A stretch of 62,384 nucleotides of DNA, counting the filler, from Sphacelaria rigidula (taxonomy: Eukaryota), in assembly GCA_964200075.2 (NCBI GenBank). It is 10 parts of 10 records of this genome, joined end to end, with 100 filler letters (N's around TTAATTAATTAA, not from the genome) between each part and the next. Parts side by side here need not be neighbours in the genome. Positions count along the whole stretch, not along the records: positions 37,493 to 43,640 come from CAXNAA020021934.1; positions 43,741 to 49,888 come from CAXNAA020021935.1; positions 49,989 to 56,136 come from CAXNAA020021936.1; 7 more parts are not named here. One strand, given 5' to 3'. Of the stretch, positions 38,361-51,259 are shown piece by piece. Numbering within the stretch: the stretch's first letter is position 1; each line of letters opens with the position of its first letter. Under the pieces are notes generated by a model. The model did not search any database and had not been told where the DNA came from. It worked only from the letters and a program-made list of their open reading frames with translations. A program made the position numbers and the translations under genes.

Positions 38361-41300
38361 ACACACACATTCGCGTATGGAAGTTGTCTCTTCATCATTC
38401 CCTCATTTATCCTTCCATACTGTCTCGACAACGCTATCGCACCTTACAAACAAAGTGAACTCAGAAAAGAAAAAAAGAGAGAGTCAAGGAAAGCAAAAAA
38501 AAAAACGAAGACGAATGGGCATGAGACAAAAATCGGTCAACCGAAGCTCGTAAAAGTAAGCGTAGGGCGGTGCGTGCACTGCGCCAAGTGGGTTTTATTA
38601 AAGTGCCTTCGATTTTCACACTTGCCTCGACGAAAGCTTTCTGAACGCTCGAGGCGCCTACCCCTCATGACTGCAACGAGGCGGTCAAGTCGAGCCTCCG
38701 GGTGATCGGTACACGAACCCGTTCGCGGGATAAGTGTTGGGCAAGGTTTCCTTCTTCCTACAAGGAAATGGAAAGAACAAACCTTAGTTCAGCTTGCCCC
38801 TGCGTTACTTTCTTCCGTATAGCCCTGTCCACTATCGCTGGCAATCTCGCTCCTGGCATGTTTGTTCGTCACGTTGCATTGTCGTGTCGGTTTTGTCACG
38901 TCTTACTTGTTTCAACTGGGCACATCCCCAACTTTGCTCTTCATACTGTATCACTCGTCGTTTTTGAGCATCCAAGCATTTTCTCAGCTGCTGTCATCTG
39001 TACTGTTTCCAGCTGTTGCTTCACCAACTTCGCGTTCCCTCCCCATCTCGCTCTCAGTTTGTGTGTTCTTTCCTGCCGGTGTATGCAAGTAGCAGTTTGG
39101 TACCTCGCCTCCGCAGTTCATGGATGACAGCTCCACACCCAAAATAGTGAGGTCGAAGGTGATGAACCGCCATCTGTTACCACGGTTTTTGCTTTAAATG
39201 GCAGGGTTTGAGTGTGGTTTTGCGCGAGACATTTTCCACCAAAGCCATGGGGCAAAGGGTGGCATTTCTAGGGGTTTTTGTTTTTGCTTTGTCCTGATCT
39301 TGTTTCTTTGTTCCCCCTCGTCTTTTCTTTTCTTCGTCTACTCTGTTCTACCTGTCTGTTTCGTTCTCTTTTCTTCAACGACTGTGTCTAATTTGTTTTA
39401 CCTCAGGTATGTCTACCGTGTGGATATCATGACCAATCACCGATCACGGTTAGATCCCTGGGGGAACAGTTAAAGTACAACAATATATTAAATCAACCGA
39501 TCCCACGTATGTACTGTATTTCCTCTCGATGCGTATCTCACGTGAGCCTCTTTCCTTACTTTCATATCCTCGTTTTCACCTCCCCACGCCATCTTACTGC
39601 TCGTCGGCATACTATCAGTTTCTTCCCTGTGACTTTGCTTGCTGTGATCTTGACCAGTTGCTCCCACCATTCTATGGTATTCGCTCTTGACTGATCTCTT
39701 CATATTTCTTTCTCAGCTGTACCTACGCTTTCCAAAAAATTGGAGAATTTCACTGCACTTTTGTTAATCTCTCCAAACTTTTGCTACTTTTCTTTTACTT
39801 CTAGGTCATCTATTCTCCATTTGTACAGCTTCCTACCGGAAGGGTTGGGGGGGAGGGGTATGACGCTCTAATATGTATCAATTAATTATGTTTCTCGGCG
39901 ATACCGAGTCAACTATCCCCGGTTGAGGCTATCGTGGGATAGCTTGGAAGAGGAAGTTCCCCTTCCCCCCCCTCAGCAGCCAATCCCTCCGTGTGGTAGG
40001 TGCAAACATGTGCGTAGACTTTAACGCCAACACCAAAATGTCCAGTTGTGTGTGTCCATCTGTTGAACCGGCATCATGTGGACTTGATATCGTTGCTCAT
40101 CCGGGTGCACGCGGGGGTTGAACTTTCATCGGGCGTGAAATGCCGCAGATACGCCCTGGATCGCCTGCTGTACACAGAAGCCCATCTCTGCCACAACGTG
40201 GGCGACAAAATGTCGGGGGGAAGCGCGCGTTCATACGGAACGCAGAATATACATACCTTCTGTTTTTCCATAGCGTGACTCTTTGATCGAGTTGGTCCGC
40301 GCTGAGCACCGGTACAGCTACGTCGTAGGCAACGGGTGTGACCCTCTCAGTGCGTAATAGTGGTGCCACGCCGGGAGTTGAGAGGGTGCCCTTTTGTGTC
40401 ACTGTCAAGGCTTCTGGCGTTGATTGTAAAAAAACATTTGTAAACGAGTGCGCGTTAGCCTAAGTATTGCGTTATACCCTATTTTGTCAGGCACCAGCCT
40501 ACCCCCCAGAACAAGCCACCAGCCCACCGCAGACCCATAGTGCATTTCTCAGTGCACAGTCTTCGATGCTCTTGGTAGCGCTCTCATGAAAATACGAAGG
40601 AGACCATTGCTTGATCTTATCCACGAGCTGGCAGCTGCACCGGGATAATGGGAGATAATTTATTGGGCTTTCACTAATCGATTCCCGTGGTACCGCGAAA
40701 GGTCAATCTGCAGGTCATCCTAACGACGTGGAAAGAGCTGATCTTGTTTTTGTTTATCTTGGGCAGATTTGGGTTTGCATCGAAATATGGCCGAAAAAAC
40801 GGAAGGCGGCTTCACCGAGCAAGGTTCTTCAGGACCTTGTTCACGTTGCACAATAAGTATGTTCAGGACATTGTACAGTCTATGCAAATGTAGAAGTCCC
40901 TCCATTAATGGATAATCCCTCTTGCCAGCATCTGTACGGCGCCAAAGCACAGGAGCATTCGATCTTAACGATATCGCTCTCTCTCCGCTGCAAAAATTAA
41001 GCTTTAGGTCACGGGAATCACGTCAGGAGCGCATGGGCGAAGCCAAAGCGCGCATAGCATTACAATACATGAAACGGGCACATCTGCGCACCGTTGGCAG
41101 CGTGTTTCTTGCGTCATGGTCACTGGAAACACCGGCGCCCATTCAGTTTTTCTTGGATTGCACCCAAAAACATTACACAGTGACTTGTCGCCCCAGAATC
41201 ACATTTTGGTTTGTACACTTTGTTGCATCGTGGGCAGTAGAGCTCGTATCGCGTGGATGTGGTGCTTATCTCAGCAAGATGTTTCTAGTCGCTTGGTTAC

Positions 41301-41619
41301 TGCTACAGACCCGCCATGATCCCGGTCGTGTTCCCGTTCGCCTGTCCGTTCATTATTGCAAATCATCAAGAGGGCCGCAGCTCTTCCGGGCTGTTGACAA
41401 AACACATCTGCCAGAAAAATTGAAGAGTATTTTTTTCGTAGTCCGCCAATAATCACAGGTTCGCCAGGACCTTATTTTCTTTCGTCAGTGACAACGTGGT
41501 TCCAGACTTGGTCGAGGCACGACCTCAAAGAATTTAAGGTGTAGAACGTCACCCATGCATTTTGTCCGCTGATAGTCCTGTGAGTTTTTAGAGGGTGATA
41601 TATGCACGCGTCGGTGGAC

Positions 41620-43609
41620 GCTCAAGGGACATAATCACTTCTGTTGGGCTTACCGACGCTTCGGGAACTCGGAGTCGATCCGTATGATCGGCTGTTAAAA
41701 TCCCTAGAAACGCACATGCCGTCGCCCGGTTCGAGTGTCGAGACGCCTGCTTTTTTGGCCAGTCGCAGAGTGAGCTCGTCGGTTGATACTCTCCAGGAGG
41801 CGGGGGGGTAGGTGTCCGAGGGGCGTGATGAGGTGGTGGAACGTTGAGTGGAGCGTGGCCCCGATATGTTTATGGGGCCGGCAGAAGAGGAGTCAGCGCG
41901 AATGGCTGCGCCGGAGAAAAGCGTGACGGATGTTGTGGCAAATGGCCTCAACGTCTCAAAAGCAGAGCGCTTGCGTGGCGTATTGTATCGCCACGTGAAC
42001 GCGTTTCGTCGTGCGCTGATGGGTGATCCCCCTGCGCGCGTGGAACCCATGAGGGTTACACTGAAGCCAGGGGCGGCCGCGGTGAAGGCGAAACCGAGGA
42101 GGTATGATCCGGTAAAGTCCAAGTGGTTAGCTTCTTGCATGGGAGCTCTTGTGGTGTTTGGGTTAGTGTTCAGGAATCTACAGGCGGTGTGGTCCAGTCC
42201 AGCGATGGCGGTGCCGAAGAAGGACTCTTTCCGTCTTGTCAGCGATTACGGAGCCGTCAATGATCAGGTGGAGAAGTCGTCGGGTGTCATGTCCAATCAG
42301 GAATCCGATATGATAGACCTCTTGAGCGCGCGATGCTTCGGTAAGTTGGACCTCCCACAGGGGTACTGGCAGATGCCGTTGGCCGAAGAGGCGCAAGAGA
42401 TATTCACCATCACGACTCCGTTTGGCATGTTTACCCCGCAACGAGTACCGCAAGGCGTGCTGAATGCTACGTCCTATTTTCAAGGTGTCTTGGTAGACCT
42501 TTTAGATGGCTTGAAATGCAAGATTTGGGTGGATGATGTCTTTTTCTTCGCGGATACGGAAGACGAACTGTTGGATACGCTTGATGCAATCTTGGCTCGC
42601 TTAGAGAGTCTTGGTCTGTTTGCAGCTGCCCACAAGTGTACCTTTTTTGCTAGTGAATCAGTGTGGTGTGGGGAAGCATATTCACATGGCTGCGTCTCGC
42701 ATGACCCGGTCCGCTTGCAAGGTTTGTCTGACATGCGGCGTCCAGAAACAGCAGCAGAACTAATGCAATTCCTGCACGCAATGAACTGGTTGCGTACCTC
42801 GTTGCCACGTATGGCCGAAGTAGTGGCGCCCATGCGCGTGTTCCTAGAAGAACTCATGGTTGAGGCTGCAAGGCGCACGAAGCGGGTGACCAAAAACCGC
42901 ATTATTCCGCCTGCATCGTAGACGGAGGACAGACTGCGGGCATGGGCGAAAGCGGGCGAAAGCGAAGGATCTGGTGGCTCATGCCGTGACGCTGTTCCAT
43001 CCCCGCCCCGGTTGCCAGGTGCTGATGTTTCCGGATGCATCCGAGTGTCACTGGGGTAGTTTTGTTACGCAGGTGCCTGATGCAGAAATGCAACAACGGT
43101 TGCCGGTTGAAGACATGACCATGAACCGCTGGCTTTTCTTAGTGGTAATTTCAAGGGTTCACAGATGCGTTGGGCAACCATTGATAAGGAAGGTTTTGCT
43201 ACCGTGAGCAATTTTCGTCGTCTCGAGCATCTATTGTGGAATGGCGTGCACATTTTCACGGATCACCGAAATTTAGCGTACACTTTCAACCCGGAGGCGT
43301 GCGTGACGTCTGTGTCGAAGGCGTTGGCACAGAGATTGGAGGGGTGGAAAGATGTATTAGGCCAGTATCGGTACACGATTTGTCATATTTCGGGTGAACG
43401 TAACGCGTGGGGTGACTCGCTGTCGCGCTGAGTAAATGTTCCCACTGTGCTCGCGCGAGCTGTGACTGTATCTGGTCCGTGTGAAGTGGATGATTCGATG
43501 CCGTCGAAATCTGTGGTCCGCCAATCTCAACGGAATGAACTCGGGGCCACTGATGCGGATGTGCAATCCTTCGAGCTGGATGTTGGTACCGCAATTTTGG
43601 ACAATGAAG
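41620..43609 (+). pseudogene. Ty3/Gypsy pol pseudogene (protease tail, RT, RNase H)
   Basis: RT motifs FRLVSDY, KLDLPQGYWQ, RVPQGVLNA and IWVDD; RNase H motifs FPDAS, KEGFA, TDHRNL and N.WGDSLSR; premature stops and frameshifts; truncated by a Sola2-like insertion at 43610. Confidence 0.95.
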
Positions 43610-43640
43610 GAGTCATCCTACGATAGAGGGGGGGGTATTT
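43610..43640 (+). mobile_element. Terminus of the long Sola2-like element inserted in Gypsy pol
   Basis: GAGTCATCCTACGATAG + G-tract + TATTT at the contig end. Confidence 0.85.
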
Positions 43641-43740
43641 NNNNNNNNNNNNNNNNNNNNNNNNNNNNNNNNNNNNNNNNNNNNTTAATTAATTAANNNN
43701 NNNNNNNNNNNNNNNNNNNNNNNNNNNNNNNNNNNNNNNN
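43641..43740. other. Artificial contig spacer
   Basis: Same 100-bp linker. Confidence 0.99.
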
Positions 43741-43793
43741 GGGAGCGGTTGATTCTCATTTCAAAATACGTTCTCATTTTTCTGGCAACCCTG
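43741..43793 (-). mobile_element. DNA transposon terminus CAGGGTTGCCAG at a contig start
   Basis: Reverse-complement match to 18584-18636. Confidence 0.7.
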
Positions 43794-44000
43794 TTTAAAG
43801 TGAAATGGTCTGCCCGTAACTTGTATAATTTACACGAGGTATCTATCTTCTACGGTTAGGACGAATCACCGCCGATTCGAATCACCAAATAAATCCACGA
43901 TTTCTCAGGTCTGATTGCCCGAAAGAAAGAAAATGTCGACCGGTGGTTAAACAGGTCTCCACGCAACGTTTGTGCCGTTCCACGTGCCAGGGGTACAACG

Positions 44001-44440
44001 GGGGATCTTACAAATTGGAGATGGGTCTTTTATTGGGGATGAGAAACCCGGAGAATTGAAATCTTTGTATCCACACCAAATCTTCGAAATATGCTTCCAT
44101 TTCTTCGCCTGCTGACAGCTGTTGACAACTGCTACACGCCATAGAATTTTGGATTTTGATCACTGAAATGTTGGGGCCCCAGGTGAAATGTTTTTGGGGG
44201 GGATTCCGGGTGTCCGAACGGACACCAAAATGGTTCCGAAATTGGTTTTTCACCCAGGACCCCAACATTTCAGGGATCAAAATCCAAAATTCTATGGCGT
44301 GTAGCAGCTATCAATAGCTATCAGTAGGTGAAGAAATGGAAGAATATTTCGAAGATTTGGTGTGGACACGAAGGTTTTAATTATCCGGGTTTCTCATCCC
44401 CAATGAAAGACCCATCTCTGATTTGTAAGATCCCGTGTTC
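44001..44440. mobile_element. Foldback element homologous to 572-1008
   Basis: GGGATCTTACAAAT...ATTTGTAAGATCCC arms of ~200 bp; central hairpin GGTGTCCG-AA-CGGACACC; flanking AACG direct repeat. Confidence 0.85.
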
Positions 44441-45441
44441 AACGCGTACCCGGGTTGCAACGCTGAAAACAAAGGCTTAGGATTGATTCGTACGGTACGA
44501 ATCAATTACACTAAAAATCGGATTATCTCCGGACGAATCATTGATTCGTCCAACCCTTGCTTTCTTCGTACAGTACGTAGTAGAGGGACTGGTGGACTTG
44601 TTTCAGTACCAAAATGCCCAGGTATTTACCATCATGTAAATGCTTCATCTTGTGTCTCGTTCGAATCACGTGTTTCATACTGCCTGTACTGCAGTATGGT
44701 TGCGTCCTTGCATTCCTTGACAAAAGCTACGTTTCCCGCTCCTCGTACACAGTTCATGATAACCAGAGCATGTCGGTGGCGTACATATAATGCATACAGT
44801 ATCCGTTTTTGAACTGGTACGGTATATACTATTTGGTACAGCACGCAGCATGCGGGGGTTCTATCGAACAACAACTGATTCACCACAATCCAAGTGCAAC
44901 AACTATGGACTCGCTGGCATCTCTCCTGGGTGTTTTCGAATAAGGCGTGATGGAACATGAGGAGCACTACCGTGACGGGCTGCCACAGGGAAGTACAGCG
45001 CTTTGGTGCACAAGCGCGCTGGCACGATGTCGACAACACAGGAAACGCTAGTGCGCGTGTTGCTCGAAAATAACGCTCTCTCCGCGTGTATAATTTAATT
45101 CAATGATAATCATTTCGTGACAATGACAGTGAAGTGGCGGTTCACAACTTCATCATCACGAGAAATCACGCGCCGTTCTAATCGAGTATGTTAGGGTGGG
45201 AAACAAGTGATATAAAGCGTGGCTACTGCTGGTGATGGCGTTGAAAGAAAAAAGCCAGCGTCCAATACAGGGGAAAACAAGTTCTACGTACTCGTACTGA
45301 AATGCTGTAGTATACTGATACAAAAAGAGGGTAACAACACGCAAACAGATCAGAATCGATTTCAAGTGGGGAGGAGGAAATAACACCAGGTGCATGGGTA
45401 TGTCGCACGTCAAAAATCGGACCGCCTCCCGCACGAGAAGA

Positions 45442-45488
<47 letters not shown>

Positions 45489-45502
45489 CAGCAGTAGCAG
45501 CA
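45442..45502. repeat. (CAG)n microsatellite, with a short inverted (CTG)n tract at ~45560-45578
   Basis: Directly visible. Confidence 0.95.
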
Positions 45503-48500
45503 TATTTATTGCCAGTGAATCTGTACAGTTGGGGGTGGTTCTGAATCAGCCGGCGTCGATGCTGCTGCTGCTGCTGCTCTTGATCGTAAACGGTCCGCGT
45601 TTCGACCGTGCGACAACACCCACGCACCTTACGAGTGACAGCGACTGTGCTGAGAGCGCTGGTACGTACTACCCGCCGATGGGTCCATGCTCGCTTACTC
45701 GGCGAGGTTCTGGTGGATATAGCTGTGCGCATCTCTCTGTGGGAGCTGTGCACGTGGAGTATGTCCCCCACGCGTGGGTACTGCAGGTGATGGCGTTGAA
45801 CCCAGCGTGGCTACTGCTAGTGATAGAATCCCAACTGCCTGTCCCATGAACAGCCCAACAGCCCACGCTTTGCAACCATGCGTGCTCCTAGCTTGAAAAA
45901 ATCCTGCATATATCAATTTTTTTAAGTGAAATTCCTTTCGGACCTGATATCCCTAGCAGGCGTTCTAACTCAAGCAGTAGACTTTACCGCTGGATCGTTC
46001 AAGATAGTTCTCGGAAATGTACGGCTTGCGGACAGGTGCAGTATTGGATTTTAGTCTAGGCACCGAAATCCGGATCTTTTGACCCTTTGACCCCGAGGAT
46101 AGGTCACCTGCTGAATCGGCACCAATATCCACTTAAAAAAATTATCCGTGATCCATATGGACTACCCTGCTCCTGGTGTGCTCCTAGCGTGCGCAGAACG
46201 CGTTGCGTCTGGGGCGCCGGTTTGAGGTCTGGAAACGCATACTTCGCCTAGGGAACACGCCTCACCCCCCGTGCCCGAGGGTTCTCGGTATGTCTTTCTT
46301 GGGGTTGGGGTTAGGGTAAGGGTTGAGGTAAGTGTTCTTCGAAATGCATCAACACCTGCGCACACCATAAATTCCGAAAAATATCTGTCAACTACCAAGT
46401 GGTGAAGTCACCTCGATTTGGAGTATGATGTACTGTACATCATCCTTGTACATGGGCACGAAATACTGGGCTGTGGCTTCTCACTCAAGACTTTGATTTG
46501 GAGGATGATACTAGGTAGGCAGCGGCAACTTCTGTGTGTCCAGGTGCCCCTTGGAGCAGGATGCACTTGGTGTCGGTTTGACGAGGTTATCCCCAAAAAA
46601 CCGAAATCGATCAGGGTTTCAGACTGGAAAAATCTAGCAAAAAAAGTGTTGCAAGGATCCGATCGCAAGAATCACGACGCAAAAACGGAGTCGCAAAAAC
46701 CTCTTGGTCGAATTTTTACCCGCAGCAGGAACCAACTTCACTTTGTGAAATTGGAATATGTATGATATTGCTTGCTGTCTGTGTGTACGTCGTGTATCAC
46801 CTTTCGCTCCGCCACATCTTGTACAGCGGTCGGTGTTGCAGCGAAGCGAGCATTTTCCTTCCTAGGTGATGCACGCAAGAGTAAAAGGCCGCCTCTGCCG
46901 CTATAAAACCTGCCTGTATCTTGAGGGAAGCTGCATGGTAACACAGCCACTATGGCGCGCAAGTCGGCTGAAACAATCCGTCCCGTGGAAATTTCTTGAA
47001 GTGAAACTGCGCAAGTCGCAGTAGGCAATAGCTTTTACCTGTTGTCGTGCACATTACATTATTTTGAGTTGTATACCGACTGTAGAAAGCTTTTGTCCAG
47101 GATGTAATACATTTCCACATATATTACGCCGTGAGATCGTGCAATAATCAACGGCACATAGCTAAAGTAGAAGTGAGGCAATCACCGAGATATTCACGTG
47201 CAACGCCTACGCGGAGAAAATTCAAGTTGGTAAGGCTGGAAGAATACCAGTACAACGCCTACTCCGGCTGCTAGCCTGTTTGCACGGTCGTCCCGTAGTG
47301 GTGGGACTATCTGTACCGGGATGTCGCCCCCAGTACCAGGTACGCCGGCAAGGGCCCGTCGCGCTACTCACTGGTCGCACGACGGGAGCTTAACCTTCGA
47401 CTCTCGCGCGTTTTGGAGCGGAAACGTTCGCCTCCCAACCCTCATGTATTTGGCGGACCATAAACGATGCTTGTTTGTTGGGATTCTTCGAGCGTTCATC
47501 CACAACTGGGGGAAGATTGGTGATGAGGCCGGCAGGACCCGTTGCAGCCAGCGTGCTCAACTATCAATGTACCCACTATAGTCGTCATCAGACAGCAGGG
47601 TCTTGAAAAACAAACTCCCACGCACAGTGATTATTCACCGTGTCAAAGCAGACCGGGCCATCAGCGACTTTCCCTCTCGCAGCTGTGACTGTGACACCTT
47701 CTTCTAATACCAATCTACACATTTACCAACTTTCGGCATCATCTGACACGAGGTGCAGATTCTCTTCACGCCTAAGCCGCTAAAACACCGCCTGCAAATA
47801 ATTGAGAAGGAATAACACTGCCTGTCTCTCCCTCGGAAAGTCTGACACTTCCGTGTCGCGGATCGGCCCAATACTCCCGCTTACCGTCGACGACTGAAGA
47901 GTTTCCGTTGCTACTCTTATCCTCTCGATTTCAACGAACACAAAACATATTTCTGGGAAACAAAACATATCCCCTAGGATTCGAACCCTCGACTCCGTTC
48001 AAACCAGTTTATAAGATTCAACAGCCGACCAAAGGGGCAGGGCGGCACCACGATGTGTTCCCAGATCCCACGAACGAAGAATGTTGACGTGAGAGCACGG
48101 CACGGACTCGAGGAAAACTCCGGTATGCCCAAACTTGTGCAACAAACAAGCTCCGGCGCCCAGCTCTAGAAAATATGAAATACGCCACACGTGCTGCTGT
48201 TCGAAGTACAAGTGCTTTTACAAGATGAATAAGAGTGACAAGTACGAATGACATCACCTGAAAACAGTTGGGGGGAAATACCACTCCACGTCAAACAGTG
48301 ATGTTACTGTTATCGGCTGGCCGATTGCTACGCTACATCTCCTTTCGGCCAGCCCTTGGCAGACTGCCCCTAAAGCACAAGGCCATCGCAAGTATGACAG
48401 CTGCGCCGCCAAGTGAGCCTTGTGGAAAGTGGCGCTGAGATATCAGGACCCCACAACCTCACAAGCTGCTCCGCGTTTGGAAAATACAAATAACAGGCCG

Positions 48501-48600
48501 ACCAGCTGCCATTTAGACCACCGACAACATACTCAAGCACACCAATACATTCCTCACTTGATCCGAGCAACGAGATCGGTGCATGGAATAGTGTCATCCA

Positions 48601-49864
48601 CTACTGATCGACCGCTCGAGAAGGAGTACCACACACTTCTAGCTTCAACTTCACGTTTGAATCCTCCTCTGTCTCGTCCACATCTACATTGCCATGCGTG
48701 CCCATGCGTCCAGGTACCACTGCCAGCGAACCATGGAGCTGTCCCGTACTCCCACCGCCACTGCTGATCAAGCTGGGACAACCACCTTCGCTGCTCCGAC
48801 CACTGAAGGGGGCAGCCTGCTCGCGACACTGCCTCACCCCATCGTCACCGTGTGTAGAAGAAACTGCCACCTCTACCTTCATTCGTGACCGTGCTCTTGG
48901 CCTCAACGACACCTCGCCATCAGCCCTCAAAGGCGCGTTTCCCGAGAGCTACGGTGTTATTACACCCTGCCAAGGACCGAGGCACACGCTACGTGGAGCA
49001 TCAACACAGTCGTTAGCAGCAGAATCTGAGAGTACTGCGCGCTTGCGTTTCGTTCCTCGAACATAAACAACGCTTGTTCCACTACCCTTCGTCGGGCGAC
49101 ATTCGGGGGTGCCCTTCCTAGTGTTGAGCTTTGCGGTGTTGGACACTACAGCTGTGCTGTGTGCAATAGTATGCTGTCGGCGACTCTGCCTCATCAGACA
49201 TGTGCTTCTTGTCGATAGATAAGTTGGAGCACCCGTCTTCACTGCATTTCTTGCTCCCCACATTCGCCCTTCCCACCGTGGCATAATTGGAGCAGAGCTG
49301 CGCCTTTTCCCTCCCTGCCACACCATACGATGGATGAGTAGGGCAGCCCTCGTAGCCGCACCCCTTGCTCTTCATATCCACCTTGTTCTTCACGTTCACC
49401 ATTCCCGTCGTGGCATCCTTGGAGCAAAACTCCGCCTTTTTGCTCCCCGCTACACCATACGATGGTTGAGTCGGACAGCCCTCGTAGCCGCACCTCTTGT
49501 GCACTGCATCCACCATTCCCGCCGTGGCATGCTTGAAGCAGAACTCCGCCTTTTTGTTCCCCGCCATACCATACGACGGGTTAGTAGGGCAGCCCTGGTA
49601 GCCGCACCTCTTGTTCATCACAGCTACCATTCCCGTCGTGGCATGCTTGGAGCAGAACTCCGCCTTTTTGCACCCCGCCATACCATACGACGGCTGCGTG
49701 GAGCAGCCCTCGTAGCCGCACGTCCTTCTCTTCACATTCACCTTGTTCCTCACGTCTATTGTTCCCGTCGTGGCATGCTTGGAGCAGAACTCTGCCTTAG
49801 TGCTATCCGCCACACCATACGACGCTCGCGTGGAGCAGCCCTCGTAGCCGCACCTCTTACTCCT
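48601..49864 (-). pseudogene. EsV-1-7 cysteine-rich repeat protein gene, disrupted
   Basis: Five full and one partial KRCGYEGCxxxPSYGxAGxKKAEFCxKHATxGMV repeats. The low-complexity C-tail continues only via a frameshift (~49170) and a stop (48949). The 5' part is cut by a transposon at 49865. Confidence 0.88.
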
Positions 49865-49888
49865 GAGTCATCCTACGATAGGGGGGGG
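49865..49888 (+). mobile_element. Terminus of the long Sola2-like element inserted in the EsV-1-7 ORF
   Basis: GAGTCATCCTACGATAG + G-tract at the contig end. Confidence 0.85.
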
Positions 49889-49988
49889 NNNNNNNNNNNN
49901 NNNNNNNNNNNNNNNNNNNNNNNNNNNNNNNNTTAATTAATTAANNNNNNNNNNNNNNNNNNNNNNNNNNNNNNNNNNNNNNNNNNNN
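49889..49988. other. Artificial contig spacer
   Basis: Same 100-bp linker. Confidence 0.99.
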
Positions 49989-51232
49989 CGGAAGAGTTTG
50001 AATGCACAAACCATTAAAAGCCCATAACGGACTTTACTTATGGGACAGAGGAAGTATTACCTAACCAGCTTGTACAAAATTCCGAGGTGCAACGGCAGCT
50101 GAAGGAGGGAGCGCCCAATCCGAGAGGGGGTAGTCGAACAGTTCAAGTCGCCCTTCTACAAATCAGGCCGTGACACTGGGCCTGGAACCGACTGTGGAGG
50201 GGGCAGGGAGCAGAGAAAAAATAACATACCGCACATACCCACGTACAGGAGGAATAACGAGTACGTGAGGCACGCAAATGTCGATGATGGCCACAGGGAT
50301 TTGAAGACTACAGTCGAAACATGTGCACAAAGGACTGCAACGATGAGCGTCGGGGGAATGGATGGCGTGATCGGAGCGGAAACTAAGACAGAACCTTGAA
50401 CGTGTGCCCTAGTGATGCGGGAGTAGCCCCCCCGTTCCCCCCAAAAAACAGCTCTGAAACTGTCACGAGGAAAATGGCCATGCAGCGCGGGATAGCTAGT
50501 TTTAGACTGCATGAAGTGCCTTATAGGGGGCGACATTGGCCAAAACGATCGAATTTGTTAGAGTTGTGAGCTTCTCGGTGTGCTGGGCTTCTGTCCTTCT
50601 TATTTACATGTGGGTTTTGGCTCCTCAACCCAGCCATTTTTCTGGGGGGGGATATCGCGGCATTAGTTACCCTTAGCGTACCAGCAACATGTCACCTTCT
50701 TTACTTACTCGCTGCTTGTAATTTTTAGCACACTCGGTCTTAGTTATTTGGCACTCCGTTTGGTCGCTGCTTTCCGGTATTCTCTGTGTCTGGGCTTTCT
50801 TTCTGTTTTAGTTCACGTTACATTTTATTTATCTCGTGTTCACTCGTGGTTCGTCTTGTGATTTCCCCAAGTATGCCGTTGCTCGGCGTTTCCTACCTGC
50901 GTTCTGCGTTCAACGTTTTCTTTGTTCTCGTGGGGGTGGGCTCCCTCTGCAGGTAGGCAGCTACCGCAGGTCCTTTCTCACCGGAGACGTTGCTTTTGTG
51001 TTCTTGTCTTTTGCCTTCGGAACCTCATACTCTCGATCACGGGCCCTGGTAGAAGGGCTGATGGGAAGCGAAAACTGCGAGTCGGAGACCTGCACAACTG
51101 CGACGGTGCCCGGGGTTGCTGCGGTGGATGCGGATGGTTTCATTATCGACAACAACATAGCAACAGTGTTGTTCCGCTGCCCATGGTGGCAGTGGACACC
51201 GACAGCACCGCTCTGTGTGAGGTTGCCTGGGT

Positions 51233-51259
51233 TTGATTGATTGATTGATTGATTGATTG
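51233..51259. repeat. (GATT)n microsatellite
   Basis: Directly visible. Confidence 0.9.

Noticed and set aside
18584..43793. Joining the end of contig 3 to the start of contig 8 via the shared CAGGGTTGCC terminus
   Set aside because: The flanks (ATATATAA versus TTTAAAGT) do not form a TSD, so these are most likely independent insertions.
45156..45849. Poly-Leu, poly-Ser and poly-Ala ORFs
   Set aside because: Artefacts of the (CAG)n microsatellite.
45882..46187. 11-bp direct repeat GTGCTCCTAGC around ~285 bp, suggesting a Mutator-type insertion
   Set aside because: Only short subterminal inverted matches and no real TIRs adjacent to the repeats.
46298..46335. Telomere-like GGGTTAGGG run
   Set aside because: Only one perfect unit among degenerate ones; not a telomeric array.
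47960..48040. B-box GGTTCGAATCC on the minus strand (47977-47987)
   Set aside because: No cloverleaf or convincing A-box; at most a SINE head.
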